This document shows positions 13,274 through 27,845 of a DNA stretch of 64,000 nucleotides, one piece after another. The translations under genes and the position numbers were made by a program. The DNA is from Octopus vulgaris (Eukaryota), in the NCBI GenBank assembly GCA_951406725.2, contig OX597816.1, forward strand, positions 186,001 through 250,000, written 5' to 3'. Below the pieces are notes generated by a model. The model worked only from the letters and a program-made list of their open reading frames with translations, ran no database searches and had not been told where the DNA came from. Numbering within the stretch: the first letter of the stretch is position 1; the number at the start of each line of letters is the position of its first letter.

Positions 13274-16200
13274 TATCTCTAAGCTCTTACCATCTATCTG
13301 ACAGTCATGAGAAGAGAAACTTGTTAATGCCATCAAGAAAATCCAGTAAGGACATAGCTATGTCGTTAGTTTACCTGCTAGAAATAGCTGGTAAATTTAA
13401 GTGACACCTTACCATGAGACATTGGTTTTACAGGTGAATACCCTTTGTATCTCCAACCACTTTACAGTACCAACTGCAGTGATGAACTTTGACAAAGGCC
13501 CTACGCTGTTCCCCTTGTGAAGCCCTTCCCAAAAGGTCTATGACAGTGTCAAAAATAATCTACACCTTGGCTAGAGGCCCTTTGAAGTTTGAGACCCTAG
13601 GCTTACATATAAATCCACTGATGAACTGTGTGGCATTTTATCACTCCCCTCTCCTATTAGGGAAGTTGTTTTCAACGAGACTAGAGGGTCCCCTCTAATA
13701 CTTAGTATACCTCCTTTCAATTATCTAAGCCTTTGATGAAAACCATTAAAGTTTATTTTATCTTTTGTAAAATCATGTCTACAACTACTGTCATTATGAT
13801 TCATCTGTGGAAACAAAACCATCTGGAGCTGAGATAATAAGCAAAAAATAGTTGCTTGTTGATTTGCTGTCATCACTTTATTTATGGCTTAGATAAGAAG
13901 TCAGTGTAGCTGTCCATCTATTCATTTCATTGATTTCTTTCAAAGCCGGATTTTCATTCGGGAAAGTTATACTTTACGCTCTCATGTTTGTACTGTGGGG
14001 AATTTTTGTCAACACTAGTGAGATTTGAAATCACTACATAGAATTAAATATTCTGATGCTCTGACATTGACTCGTACTCAGAGTTTTTATTTTATTTTGT
14101 TGATATTAACACAAGTTGACCCTTTAGTATTCAAACCAACCATATCCAACCAAAATTTATTCTACCTGTTTTATGTTGAAACTGACCAGATCAAACCTCT
14201 CAAACCTACTCTCCAATGTTATTCTAAAAATAAACAACCACATTATCAAAATCTGAAAGCTACAAGATAATACGTGATTAATTCAAAACAATGTGAATAA
14301 ATAAGGATTAAATTTGACAGGATAATCTGAATTCTAATAGGTTAAGGTTAAGAGAGATTTGGCAAAAACCATTAAGCACCAGATTAAATATCTTACAGTG
14401 TTTAGTTTTATAGATGCATATCCTCCCTCTCACCCTCCGTCACCACATTACTCTCACTCACTGTGCCTGCCTCTTTTTCTCTCTCTCACTCAACCGCATC
14501 CTATTTCTCCTTTCTTCACCCACTGTCTACTATATCATCATTACTTTTCTGCTATTAGCCTCTTTTTTTCTCCCTCTACACTGTCAGCCATCTTTTACTC
14601 ATCCTATCTCCTCCAACTTCTGCATCAATGGCTATCCCCACCCCTTTCACTATATCCACCCTTCAACCTTACCATATCTTTACAGGCATCTCTTACCACT
14701 CCTTCTCTCACCCATTCCCCACATTCCTACTTCCTTCATCCCCCCACCCCGCTCATTTCTACTCTTGAGGGTCATCACAGATACTTCCTTACCACAACTT
14801 TTATCTCTTCCCTGCCCTGCTCAATCAGCTCCGCACTCTTCTTAATTGTAAGTAGTTATGTGGCTCCTCTACAGCAAAAAAATCTGACCTGCTCAGGCCC
14901 CTTCTCTCATACTTTATCCCCTCATTTGCTAACTGACTTCACTGGTGCTGGTGGCATGAAAAAAAGCACCCACCATACTGTATAAAGTGATTGGTGTTAG
15001 GAAGAATATCCAGCTGTAGAAACCAGGTGAAAGCAGTCAGAGGAGCATGAGGCACTCTTTGGGAAACGTTAGATTCTGTCAACTCATCTCATCCATGCCG
15101 ACATGGATGGTTAAATGATGATGATATTCTGTCCAGATCCTTCTGGATTAATTTTCCTCTTCATCCTGGACATGTATTTGTAATACACTGAAGCAGTGCA
15201 ATAATCTTTCCCCCTATCCTTGTGACAACCCAAGGAATCTAATATTAATAAGAACCCAGTTATTTCCATCGAGCATAATTAAAAAAAATAAAATTTATCT
15301 GTTAGTCATCTCATAAATGGAAAACGTTTTTTTTTTTATTGCTCGTATTTATCAATAAGCTGAGGCAAGTGTTGTTCAGAGGCAGGACCAGATACTATTC
15401 CTAGGGGTGTTGTATTAGTCTTTACTCTTTTGATACCAACCACTTCAGACTATCCCTGGTCCTATGATTGCAACTCCTTGTTTAAAGTGATCAAAATTAA
15501 AACCTGCCATCAAAAGTTCTTGTTATATTCCAAAGACTAGCTTCATCATCAAAAAGGAAGTTTCATCTAATGTTCTTATGGGTCGGATGGAATTTGTTCA
15601 AGTTTACTTATTTCTGGCCAGATGCCCTTCCTCTCATCAACCTTCTTCCATTTCAAAGCAACGGTTTTTACAAAAGATTGGAAATGGGCATTCTTTGCAT
15701 GGTAGTGGCACTTGTTTACAAATGTCATGTGAAATGAAGGTAAGGAGACTGACTGACACACACATGCATACACGCATACACACACACACACGCATACACA
15801 CACACACACACAATAGGCTTCTTTCAGTTTCTATGTGACAAATCCACTCACAAGACTTTGGTTGGCCCAGGGCTATAACAGATGGCACTTTCCCAGTGTA
15901 CCATACAATGGGACTGAACCTCAAGCCATGCAATTGGGAAGTAAATTTCTTACTACACAGCCATGCCTGTGACTGTAAAATGTTATTTTAGTAAATTCTT
16001 CATTATTTTCTGACTTCATTGAGACAACAGAAGTGAATTTTAACAGAAATTATGGTAACAAAACTATTAAAACAGCTTTCACAGTAAGTGAGAGTGAGTG
16101 GGCTGATGTTCCAATATGATAAGACTTCTTTATGTTGTATGATATGAGTGAAATTCTTAAGAATTATTATCATATCACCATGGTTGAGTTAGTACAAATG

Positions 16201-16698
16201 ATACAATGGATAAAATTCTTGTATCTAATGTAGACTTGTTTTAAGTCACTTCTTTTGTCATTCTAGATGTATCTTTTCAACCAATTCTATAAACTGCTTC
16301 AGATTGACCATTATTTACTTGATAAGATTTTAATGGGTATTTGGCGCTAATATTTTAATTCTTAATATTATTTACCTAAAAGGGTTTTAAAAATACCTAT
16401 CAGCACAAAATTATGTCAGTTTTGATTGGAAAAATAAAAAAAAAAAGCTAATAGAATTACATAAGAAAAGTAATTGAACTTGATATGGCTAATAATTGCA
16501 CAATTTAATTTACAGCAAAATGCTTAGATTTCCTTAAAAGTGTCCATTTGAAAATATGTCAGATTGATTGATTCTTATTAAATTGTTTCTGGCTGTTTTA
16601 CCTGGCAAAATGTTAAAGCTTGCTACATTGTAAATATTTCCTATCTCCGTAGCCAGCAGTCCACTTTCATTCATTATGCCTACCTCTCTCTATACTCT

Positions 16699-16890
16699 CT
16701 TTACTCTTTTATTTGTTTCAGTCATTTGACTGCGGCCATGCTGTAGCATCACCTTTAGTTGAACAAATCGATCCCAGGACTTATTCTTTGTTAACCTAGT
16801 ACTTATTCTACCGGTCTCTTATGCCGAACCGCTAAGTTACGGGGATGTAAACACACCGGCATCGGTTGTCAAGCGATGTTGAGGGGACAA

Positions 16891-16927
<37 letters not shown>

Positions 16928-17105
16928 CATGTACATATATACGATGGGCTTCTTTCAGTTTCCGTCTATCAAATCCACTCACAAGGCTTTGGTCAGCCTG
17001 AGGCTATAGTAGAAGACACTTGCCCAAGGTGCCACACAGTGGGACTGAACCCAGAACCATGTGGTTGGTATGCAAGGTAGTTACCACACAGCCACTCCTG
17101 CGCCT
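16699..17105 (-). mobile_element. Near full-length tRNA-derived SINE family A
   Basis: Reverse complement has an A/B-box head (ggcgcaggagtggctgtgtggtaa..gggttcagtccc), CORE-like caccttgggcaagt, an internal microsatellite and an (AAAGAG)-type tail. Further copies at about 15575-15970, 25350-25690, 29940-30356, 30395-30780 and 53500-53860. Confidence 0.85.
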
Positions 17106-17227
17106 GTATATATATACTTTTATTTAAATTTGATTGGGTGGTTGAATATCTCAGCTTATTCATGTACATGAACTCCATCACACTATATTATATGTACCAT
17201 CACAACTTTAATTCAGTTTTTATCACA

Positions 17228-18660
17228 ACTGACAACGTTGAACAGTTTCCTTTAGGTTCAATAAATGATTTTGATACCTGATGAAAGATCTTCTTTAATG
17301 ATGTGCAGGATGGTAGCAATGAGGATGACAAACACATCCCTGTTTTACCCCTTTTTCACTTGGAAGTGATCAGATGTTCCTTTTTTGACCAGGACAGTCG
17401 CAAATATATCATGATGGAGGAATCTTAGAATGCGGATGTACTTAGGAGGGCATCCATAGATGAAGAGAATGTCCCACAGAAGTTAGATCTGGTCTGGGTG
17501 GCAGTTGCACCTTACTGCTCTTTCTTTGCTTATTCTTCTAGTTCTTCACGTTTGTCTCGAATGTAGTTGTTCCTTCACGGATGAGGGATCTCCAGAGGTT
17601 TGCATCATTTGCATTTTCTTCCCAGTTGTTGAAGTCAGTTACATTTTTTTCATGTTGGCCTTCAACAGATCCCTGTAGCTCTCTTCTTCTGGTCTCCTTT
17701 CTTCCTTTCAGCTGAGAAAAAATCTGTTTCGGGGATCGGTCATCAGATATTCCAACAACATGCCCGCTTCACTTCAGCTGACTTTTGATGATGTGAGCCT
17801 CAATACTTGTTGTTTTGGCTGCTTTCAAGATGCTGATATTTTGGTTTTGGACTTGAGACTGACAACGTTGAACAGTTTCCTTTAGGTTCAATAAATGATT
17901 TTGATACCTGATGAAAGATCTTCTTTAATGATGTGCAGGATGGTAGCAATGAGGATGACAAACACATCCCTGTTTTACCCCCTTTTTCACTTGGAAGTGA
18001 TCAGATGTTCCTTTTTTGACCAGGACAGTCGCAAATATATCATGATGGAGGAATCTTAGAATGCGGATGTACTTAGGAGGGCATCCATAGATGAAGAGAA
18101 TGTCACACAGAAGTTATTTTACAGAATTGAATGCCTTGGTCAGATCATTGCAGGCCATCTACAGTGGTTGGTACTATTCATGGCACTTTTCTGAGTTAAT
18201 ACGAGGTGAAGATCATATCAATGGTTCCCTGGGATGGTCTAAAACCCGCTTGAGTCTCCAGAAGAATTTCCTCAGCTAATGATTTTAAGCAGTTGTTCAT
18301 AATCCAAGCAAGTACCTTGCCAGCAAGGAGATTCCTCTGTAATCAGATTGTTCTCTCTTCCTCTTCACGATGGCTGAATCTCTGAAGTTAGATGGTATCT
18401 CTTCATTGGTCCAAATCTTGATGGGGTGTTGGTATATTTGGTCATGGAGTAGGCTGCTGCTAATTTTGTAAATCTCAGCAGGGATCCTGTCCAGCCCAGC
18501 AGCCTTGTTCTTTAGGATGACAATGGTTTCTTTCATTTCAGCAAGAATTGGTAACTTGCTTAAGGAATCGTTTATGAATTGTTTTGGGATGAAATCTAGG
18601 ATGTCACTGTCAAAAGTGGTGCCTTGATTAAGCAGCTCTTCAAAGTTGTCTCTCCATACT
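17228..18660 (-). mobile_element. Decayed RTE/BovB-like LINE with internal 258-bp duplication
   Basis: Minus strand reads KAAGLDRIPAEIYK..YRGISLL, DLTKAFNSV..YGCPPKYI..GVKQGCV, and SIEAHIIKSQLK*SGHVV. Confidence 0.8.
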
Positions 18661-21600
18661 TTTTGTATTTGTATATTGGAGTTGAAGAATGGATGTAACC
18701 ATGATATTCTATAAATCTGATGAACTAGCTTTCTATACTTGTGTTAGCTTCACTACATATTAGATTTCTCAAGCTGGATGGGTTTCCTTTCTCTCTTCTA
18801 AAAGTTGAAACAATATAAACTGTACCAACATATTTTACAAACTTTTAGCAATGCTTTTTCTTTTAATAATTATCATACCTTGTATTTCCCATCAAGCTGC
18901 ACCTCCATTCCTGTTTATTATTCACCTCTACCCCCATCTCTGACCATCTGTTATTCTCCCTTCACACTCTTATAGCCCCCACCCTTCCTGATCCATTGTC
19001 TTTGAAGATTTACTGTGGCACTCCATCACTACTGTCTTATCTTTTCCCTCAGCTACTCCCACCCACCCTCATATAATGCACCGATAGTCAGATATTTTCT
19101 CCATAGCAACACACCTGTGGTTGTCCCTGGCATAAAGGACCCCCTCCACCATTTTAGTTGAGGAAGGGTGGGGTCCACTTCCCTTGTTCTTTTCCTGTCT
19201 TGGAAGTTGCTTGACAACCATCATTAGTGCAAGATCATTAAAAAGTACCAACTACACACTGTAAATTGGTTGGAAGATTATCCAGTTGTAGAAACCAAGC
19301 CAAAGTGGACGTGGATGCATGATCTGTCCCTGCAGTTCACCAGATCCTATCAAACTGTCCAACCCATGCCAACATAGAAAACTGGTATTAAATGACGATG
19401 ATAATATATTGGGTGTATGTGTATGAAGGTTAAAGAAAGTGGTTCGAAGCTGTAACTTCATGATTAACCCTTATGAGAAACTATTTCTTGTATATGTACT
19501 CTTTTTCTAATTCTTGTATAATATGTACTCTTTTTTTCTAATTTACTGGATTAGGAAATTATGTCACATAAAGATACAAAAGAACTATTCTTTTTCTCCC
19601 ATTCTACAGTAAACTGATAAAATATATAAAATTATTGTTATTTTATTTATTAGAAAAATTTTATCTGTATTATTAACAGCAGTACAAGTAGAAAAATGAT
19701 AAAACTGGTTATATCCAGTTATCTTTTCAACTAATAACAATTTCTTGTGAGACCAAACCCTCCAGAAAATAGATTTAACTTATTCTAAATCTTGATTGGT
19801 CAATTTATATCTCGTCTATTAGAAACCCCTGGCTTACAGCTGTTTCTTCACTCTGCTCAAATCGTAATAATTATCTATGTAGCTTCTTTAATCCATGAGA
19901 ATATTGTGTAAAAGCAGTCTATAATTGATTTATCTTTTTTTTTTAATGTTTCTTTTAATAGGTCAAAGTATTAAGTCTCAAATTAGGTGTCAATCAGCAA
20001 TTATTATATTAACCCTTTAGCATTTAAGCTGGCCCAAATATTCTACCTATTTAATGTTGAAACCAGCCAGATCTGACCTCACACAACTACACTACAATGT
20101 TATTCCTAAAATAGATAATCACATCACTGAAATTTTGAAGTTACAAGATAATGTATAATTAATTGAAAGTAATATGAATAAATAAGCATTACATCCGTTG
20201 GTAAAATATGAACACTAAATTGTCAAAGTGCTAATGATAGATTCCTGTGTTGTAAAAAGAATCTGTCATGCCATGGGAAAGGGAGAAGTGTGTGTTAGAG
20301 AGTCATATGTCAAAAATGATGAAGCTGATAGGGAAAGAATGAGACTTGTTAATCAAGAAAGAAGGCAAAATATGAATAATGGCGATAGGCAAGAATATTT
20401 TGTACAAACCAGAATGAGGGAAAACAGGTTAGAAAAGAAAACATGACTGCCCAAGAAATTAATCAAAGGATTTTGAAGAAAATGGCTGAATGAGGAGAAT
20501 GTTTTTGGTTGACACAGTACCACAAATGGGCTGTGCAATTTTTATGGACATTGCTAAGAAACTTGAAAGTCCTAAATTTTGTGCATATGCTAATGTTGTA
20601 TTTTGCAGTAAATTATTTCAAGGTAAAGGAATGAGAGAACTGATAACAGTCACCATATCAATATCCAACTATTGTGGTGCTTTTGACCGTTTTAGCCATT
20701 TTGCTAGAAACATGTCTGAAGCTGCCCTGGTCCTTTGACACAATTTTTAAAAAATGATTTCAGTTAAACTCTAACATAAATATTCTGTCTTTATTTATGT
20801 CCTTAAATTCTTCATTATTTTCAAAACTGAAATTAAGACAGTGTATTTTGACAGAAATATGGTAACTAGAAGATTAATGCAATTCCATTGGGTAAATCTG
20901 TTACCAGAGTTGAATTTTCTGGAAGTAATCTTTCTTCAAATTTAAATTATCAAATAGAGACATGAGCCGTTGATAAACTTGGGTTTGTCAGAGTTTGAAC
21001 TGTAGACCTAGCTTCAGTGTATTTGGTTGCTGTGATAACTGTGTTGTTCAGCTGTAGTTGTAGAGTTAAGATTTGAAAATAGGGATTGGGGAATGTTGGA
21101 AAATGGAAAAATCTGGAAATACAAGAGAGAGACTAGATCTGTGAAAAAGTTTAATTCAGAGTGAGTGACCATGCACAATGTGATTGATTGGCAGATATTC
21201 AATCACCAATAGCACTGCAACAGCTATCTACCAGATACACAGATCTTTGGGACTCTTTTGCTTATATTATAAAGGCCTCTCCTTTATCTGATGCACCAGT
21301 CTCCCCTTCACTTTATTCTTAGTGTTTCTCTATTAAGTCTCAGGAAAAAAACTATCTTAGTGTGAAAGATTTGGCTAATGATCACATTTCTTGGGTGTGT
21401 TTAAAAATTTTTCAAGAATAACAGATAAAAGTTAATTTTTTGAAAAAAAAAAACTTTCAAACAAGAGTCTTAAAATATCTTTTTTTTATTGTTAAGATGG
21501 CCACAGCCATCTGAAACAAATAAATGTGCTAAAGTTATAGAGGCTCTCATCTCTTGCAGTGGTGATAACCTAGTGGTTAGTGTTACTTATGATTGTAAAG

Positions 21601-22589
21601 TTGTAGGTTTAATTCTTAGGCAAGGCAGTACATTACATCCTTGGGAAAGACACTTCATTTCATGTTGTTTCACTTTACTCACCTGAGAATCAGTATCACT
21701 AACAGCTGTGAGAGGGAGAGTGTTTCCCCCATTCAGTGGGGCATCTTGTATTCCCAGTTGCTTATATACCTTGGGAACTGAGATAAACTCCAGCTTAATG
21801 AGCCTACAAGCTTGAGACAGATTTTAACTTTATACACACGCACATACAATTATAATCTCCTGCTGAAGATGATGTATGAGCATTCATTTTTTTGCTGAAT
21901 GACCTGCAAAAATGATTTGTTTATAGGGATCAAATGTATGTGCTGTACATTAGTTCACTCTCTCCATCTGTAAGTCAACATTGCCTGAGCACGGTGTATC
22001 ACAGGTCAAACATTGAAATGATCAGAGAGAGATGAAATGTTTTGCTGAAGAGCACAATGCACCACCTGCTCCAGGAATTGAAATCATGAGCTCATGATCA
22101 TGAGTGCAACACCTTAACCACTAGGCCATGTACACACACACACACACACCTATGTACACATGCATAGGTGGCTACCTTTGGCAGCCAAAATTGTGGAAAT
22201 TATAGCTGGGATTGTTGAGATGAGTAGTGGTAACCATATAGAGAATGTCTATTTGACCCAGCAACTGAGATAGCATTTAACAAGGTAGCTTGCACAAGGA
22301 CCTCCCAGAACCATCAACACCATGAGTTGGGTCACACAAAGACAGCAATAATACTGTCATGTTGCCTATTTGAGTTTTAATTTAATTATTCCACTAAATA
22401 TTCTGACTACCTTAATTAGTTCATCTTACCATTCCAGTCCATTTCAGAAGCTAGCTCGACCATTTGGTTTTCTGCCAGATTGTTGAACCACAGATGTATT
22501 TCAACTGGTTTTTGCTATAAAAACAAAAACAAAATCTTTTTATATTTAATGATCTGGATGCTTTTAACCAGTTCCTTTGTTCTGAAATG

Positions 22590-23550
22590 TAGTTGAGCCT
22601 AAGAGAACTAGGTATCAATGAATGTGTTGTGAGAACCATGGAAGCCAAGTTGGAACATGAGGTTGGCAAGGTTAGGATTGGCAGCGAGATTCGGAAAGAA
22701 GTTAATATTCAAGTCTAGCAGGCTGTTGTTTCCAGTTCCTCGTGATTGGTTGTTCATGAGAAGTTTTATATGTTGACAGTGATGTCCTTTAGCATAACAT
22801 CAGAGTTATAGTTTTAATGAAGACTGAAAGGATAGTCTTTGGTAGAAAGGGCAAAACTTTAAAATTTCAAAGACCAAAGAGATGGTTTGTAACAGAGAAA
22901 GGAAATTTCATTTTATGTGAAACGTAGATTTCTTTATAAGTTAACGGAGAACTAAAACTTCAGCTGTAATTGATAGATAGGAGTGGTTAACAAAAGGAGT
23001 ACTCATCAAGTGGACTCTGTGAACTGCTCTGACAGCTCTCTCAGTACAGCTTATGATTTGTTACCAAGGTAATGCAATTTGCTTCTATTGGATATATAGC
23101 TTGTAATGCGAGTGAGTGGGAGATAGAGGATAGACACTTCTCTTTGTATTGATGGCAATGGCAGACAGTGAAGCATGGTAGTGAAACAAACATTGAATGT
23201 AGAAGATTGCAGAGGCTGAAGTGAAATGAGATACGCCTAATTAGTTGGATGGAAAATCCTAATCTTACACGAAAGGAATACTAATGAACTAAGTGGAGTG
23301 TTCCATATGTTAAAGTCATCAGCCAAAGTATGTAGGAAGGACAACTAACTGTACTAGTGTGGATCTGTAATATAAATGGATGCTAAATACTGGGTGGAAG
23401 GGTGTTATATGCTGTTGGTGGTGGAAGGCTGTGAAAGATATGAAAGGATGACGAGGGCAAAGTAGTGAGATTCAATCTTAGGCTACCAGGTCTCTCAGAA
23501 GAGATGAGGAAAGATCACCAAGACTGTTGGAGATGTACTGTATCTTAAAG
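22590..23550 (+). mobile_element. Highly decayed RTE remnant
   Basis: LRELGINE.VVR and further degraded pieces collinear with the RTE at 31297-33982. Confidence 0.55.
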
Positions 23551-24154
23551 CCCCATGTCAGTATAGTACAAATAAACATTAGAATGTAGATGGTATAACA
23601 CTGAATTTGATTTTCATGGATTCCGGTTGTTTGGAAAACATGTTTTTTAAAATACTTTCATAAATCACTTGAGGACTTAATTACTGGGTTTGGTAGCATT
23701 TAATAAAATGAGATGAGAAACAAGCCTATCTCTGAATTATAATACTTGCTAGTCTATATTGCAAGTAACTTTGAGTGGACAAGAAGGTCTTGTTAATAGG
23801 CAGAATCAGATTGTTAATTATGGATGGCAATTTGATTTATCATCTGATAATGCAGATAAAACATCCACTCTGCTCCCATCACTGAAGTCTTGAGAAAGTA
23901 AATACTTAACCCTTTTGTTACCATTGTTTTGTTGTCATATTTGTATTGAAATATGTTGCCTTTGTTTCAATTAGTTTTGAAGATAATGAAGAATTCAATA
24001 AAATAACCTTTTATTATGAAAATGGTGTCTGGCCCCAATACTCTGCCTGTTTTATGTCCAAACCAGTCAGATCCAACTTCTTACTCTTACCCTACAGTCT
24101 CATTCTAAAAATAAACAATCATATCATCAAAATCTCATAGCTACAAGATAATGT

Positions 24155-24750
24155 ATCATCATCGTTGTTGTTTAACATCCGCTTTCCATGCTGGCATCGG
24201 TTGGATGATTTGACTGAGGGCTGGCAAGCCAGAAGGCTCCAATCTGATCTGGTAAAGTTTCTACAGCTGGATGCCTTTCCTAACACCAACTACTCCGAGA
24301 GTGTAGTGGGTGCTTTTTATGTGCCACCGACACGAGGGCCAGTCAGGCTGCACTGGCATCGACCACACTTGAATGGTACTTTTTATGTGCCACTGGCATG
24401 GGAGCCAGTCGGGCAGCACTGGTAACAATCACACTTGAATGGTACTTTTACATGTCACCGGCACAGGACCAGTCAGGCAGTACTGGCATTGACCATGCTC
24501 GAATGATGCTTTTTACATGCCACCAGCATGGGAGCCCGTTAGGTAGCACTGGTAATGATCACGCTTGATTGGTACTTTCTATGTGCTACTGGCACAGGAC
24601 CAGTCAGGCTGTACTGGCACAACCACACATGAATGGTGCTTTTTATATGCCACCGGCATGGGTACCAGTCAGGCGGTACTGTCATCGGCCATGACAATGA
24701 CTTCTATTGACTCAACAGGTGTTTGCAGGTGCAGTTTATTGCCCAATGCA
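24155..24750 (-). mobile_element. RTE 3'UTR-derived element with six ~64-bp tandem units, inserted in a piggyBac-type MITE (~23907-24815)
   Basis: (CAT)n tail at 24155 and repeated tgctttttatgtgccacc units. The flanking MITE begins ttaaccctt and ends gaatgctaaagga. Confidence 0.75.
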
Positions 24751-27700
24751 TGATTAACTGAAAACAATGTGAATAAATTTGCATTTGACAATAATCTGAA
24801 TGCTAAAGGATTGTTGAAGTGGCTACAGTCAAGTAGTCAGGTTGATGTGATTGACTTAGCCCTCTGCTAAAAACTGTTGATCTTGTGCCAAAATTAGCAA
24901 GAATTGTAGGAATATTTAAATGGTGTTTAGAACATAACAAGACATTTTAATGGAAGGTTTTAATTTAGATTACTTTAAAGCAGGAAAGTTTGCATCAAAG
25001 AACCAGGGACAGTTTGAAGTGAGTTGGTATCAAAATGGTTCAGAGTGATGTAGAACTTGTTCTCTATGATAAGATGAATGTTACTGAGATACTCTGCTTC
25101 AAAAGATCTGTTTTCAATTACTTCAATGAGATTAGCTGAGCTGGCAGAAATGTTAGCATGACAGGTGAAATGCTTAGTGGTATTTTGTCTGTCTTCTACG
25201 TTCTGAGTTCAAATTTCACCAAGGTCAACTTTGCCTATCATCATTTTGGGGTCAATAAATTAAGTACCAGTTGCATACGAGGGATCAATCTAATTGACTG
25301 GCCCCTTCCCCCAAAATTTCAGGCCTTGTGTCTAGAGTAGAAAAGAAGCTTTTATCTTTTACTTGTTTGAGTCATTGTACTGAGGCCAAGCTGGAGCACC
25401 ACCTTGAAGAGTTCTAATCTTACAGATCAGTACTTTCCTTAAGCCAGGTTTTTATCCTACCTGTTTCCTTTGCTAAACTGTTAAATTATGGGAATTATGT
25501 AATGTGGTAGGGGTGGGGACAAATACACAAAAACGCACTCACACATACACATAGTTTACACACAGTTTCTGTGTATTAAATTCTTCCACAAGGCATTGGT
25601 TGGCCTGAGGCTTTAATAGATGCTTGCCCAAGGTGGCATGCAGTGAGATTGAAGCAGAAACCACATGGTTGCAAAGCAAGCCCTTTAATCACACAGCTGA
25701 GGTCAACTTTGCCTTTCGTCCTTTGAGGGTTGATAAAATTAAAGTACCAATCAAGTACTGGGATCAATGTTATCATCTAACCCTCTCTTCTAAAAATTGC
25801 TGCCCTTCAGCTTAAATTAGAAACGCATTATTTTATAATTAAGATTCGTTTGTTAAATAAAAAACGATTTTCTCCTCTCTAACAGATTAGTTCTACTTAA
25901 TTATTTATTTTTGTCTTACCTGAAACAAATTTGTTAATATTGAATTATGTTGTCTTAATCCTAATATCCATATTACCTCTTCTAATCTCTAATTATTTCA
26001 TCAATGTGTGTGTGTGTGTGTGTATGTATGTGCACACACAGTTTTTTATTTATTTATGGAAACTGAAGCTGAGAAGTTGTCACGTGACTTGAGTTTCACA
26101 CCTATACAATCTTCAGGTGAAACTATAGCCTTCTGTACAATATTCTCTCTTTCCTCGTTTTGTGTGTGTCTGTGTCTGTAGCGTTTTTTTTTTAAATAAG
26201 CATTTTCTTTGTGTTTACTGAAAATGCATGTACGCGTAATTTTGAAACTTTAAAGTGCATGAATCAATGTGGAAGACTCTGTGCCGTTGCTTGATCTGCT
26301 AGTCATAGCAGCTAAATAACATTGAAACCATATCATGTAAAAAAAGCTTGATGGATACAGCTGGAATGCTTTAGACCATACACCTGCAAGATTAGGATCA
26401 ACCTGGGCCTAAACATCAAAAACAACAGTAATTTGTGAATGTCCAAGGGCTCCCAATTTCAAGAAACATAAAGACATGGGCTGGAAAGCAAAGCATTTTC
26501 CAATTGTATTTGGATGTAGAGGATTCATTGGACACAGTGTGAGGTGACTGTTCTTAGGCCTAATACATCATAAAGTAAATGCCACCATGAGTGTTATCCA
26601 AACTACAATGGAAAAGGCAAGCCACTGGATTTGGTTAGAAAGAGATGATGAGCGATGGCTGGAAGAATATCTGATAACCAGTTGATTTATCAAGTAGGGC
26701 CTCATTTTAGTGAGGGGGTCTAGTGCACAATGATACCATTGAGAGGTAGGCCCCAAAACGGCATGCATTCTCTCCTGATGACCCCATACACTTGTTGGCT
26801 TCTGGTATGCAGAGCTTTTGACTGGTAGCACTTGCATGTGCAAGTTGTTGCAAAACATCCTTTATAATCCATTCTTGGCCATTGTTACTGTTTGTCCCCA
26901 TTGGTTATATGACCCCCATATATTGCTTTTTGTACTCACTACTATCTCTGTGGCAACTGCTTTCATGTGCAAGTGTTTTAAGGTCATTTTCTCTGCTAAA
27001 CTAGGGGCTGGCCTTGTCTGCTTCATGACAGTCTCCCCCATTTTGCTCTGTTCTCACCAATGTATTGTCTTCCTCCATCGTCCTTAACCAGATCTTTCTC
27101 AGTCTTCCTCTTCCTTGTTCATTTTAACCACCCCTCTTACCCTGACCTGCTCACTTTCATCCGTCTACAGTCCCCACATCCTGTTTCTCTTCCCAACAGC
27201 TATCACTGGCTCTTGGGCTCGGGAACAAGCAAGAACATCCTTCCTGATCAAGTCTACATTTGAAGTTTTACCTGCACCAGCAAATTTAGTCTGGTGGAAC
27301 ATACAAACAACTGCTGAATGTAGATGCAGAGAGAAAGCAATTGTGAGACATGTTCTGTCAAACTGCAGGCTAGCACTAGATAGATACACATGGTGTCACA
27401 ATCAAGTCCTCGGCGTCATAAACGCAGCACTCAAGGAGAAGAATGAGAGATACAATAAGGGAAATTACCCAAAAGTGGAAAAGCATGGAAAAATATACTT
27501 CTAGAAGGAGGGAAAAGGACATAAGGCCAGGCCTTCAAACGAAGTATACGAGACAGACAAAAGATGGAATGAACACTGGGACCTGGCTGTGGATTTGGAA
27601 AGACTGTTAATATTTCCACTCATAAAAACAACAGACCAGATTTAATCCTATGGAACACAGAACGGAGAATTGGAAATTTGCTAGAGCTGACAGTGCCATG

Positions 27701-27845
27701 GGAAGAGAACATTGCTAATGCAGAGCAGCAGAAGGAGAAGAGGTACGAGAGATTAATCGAAGAGTGTGGAGAACAGGACTGGACTGTCAAGTATTACCAC
27801 CTGGCAGTGGAGACTAGAGGCTCCATTGAAAGGAAAATGGCAGCA

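Noticed and set aside
14359-14985. 208-aa ORF
   Set aside because: Pyrimidine-rich low-complexity tract that lacks stops by composition and runs into a SINE tail; no domain motif.
24311-24690. Regularly spaced repeats resembling a CRISPR array
   Set aside because: The intervening sequences are homologous to each other, the repeats are degenerate, they lie in an RTE 3'UTR in a eukaryotic intron, and there are no cas genes.
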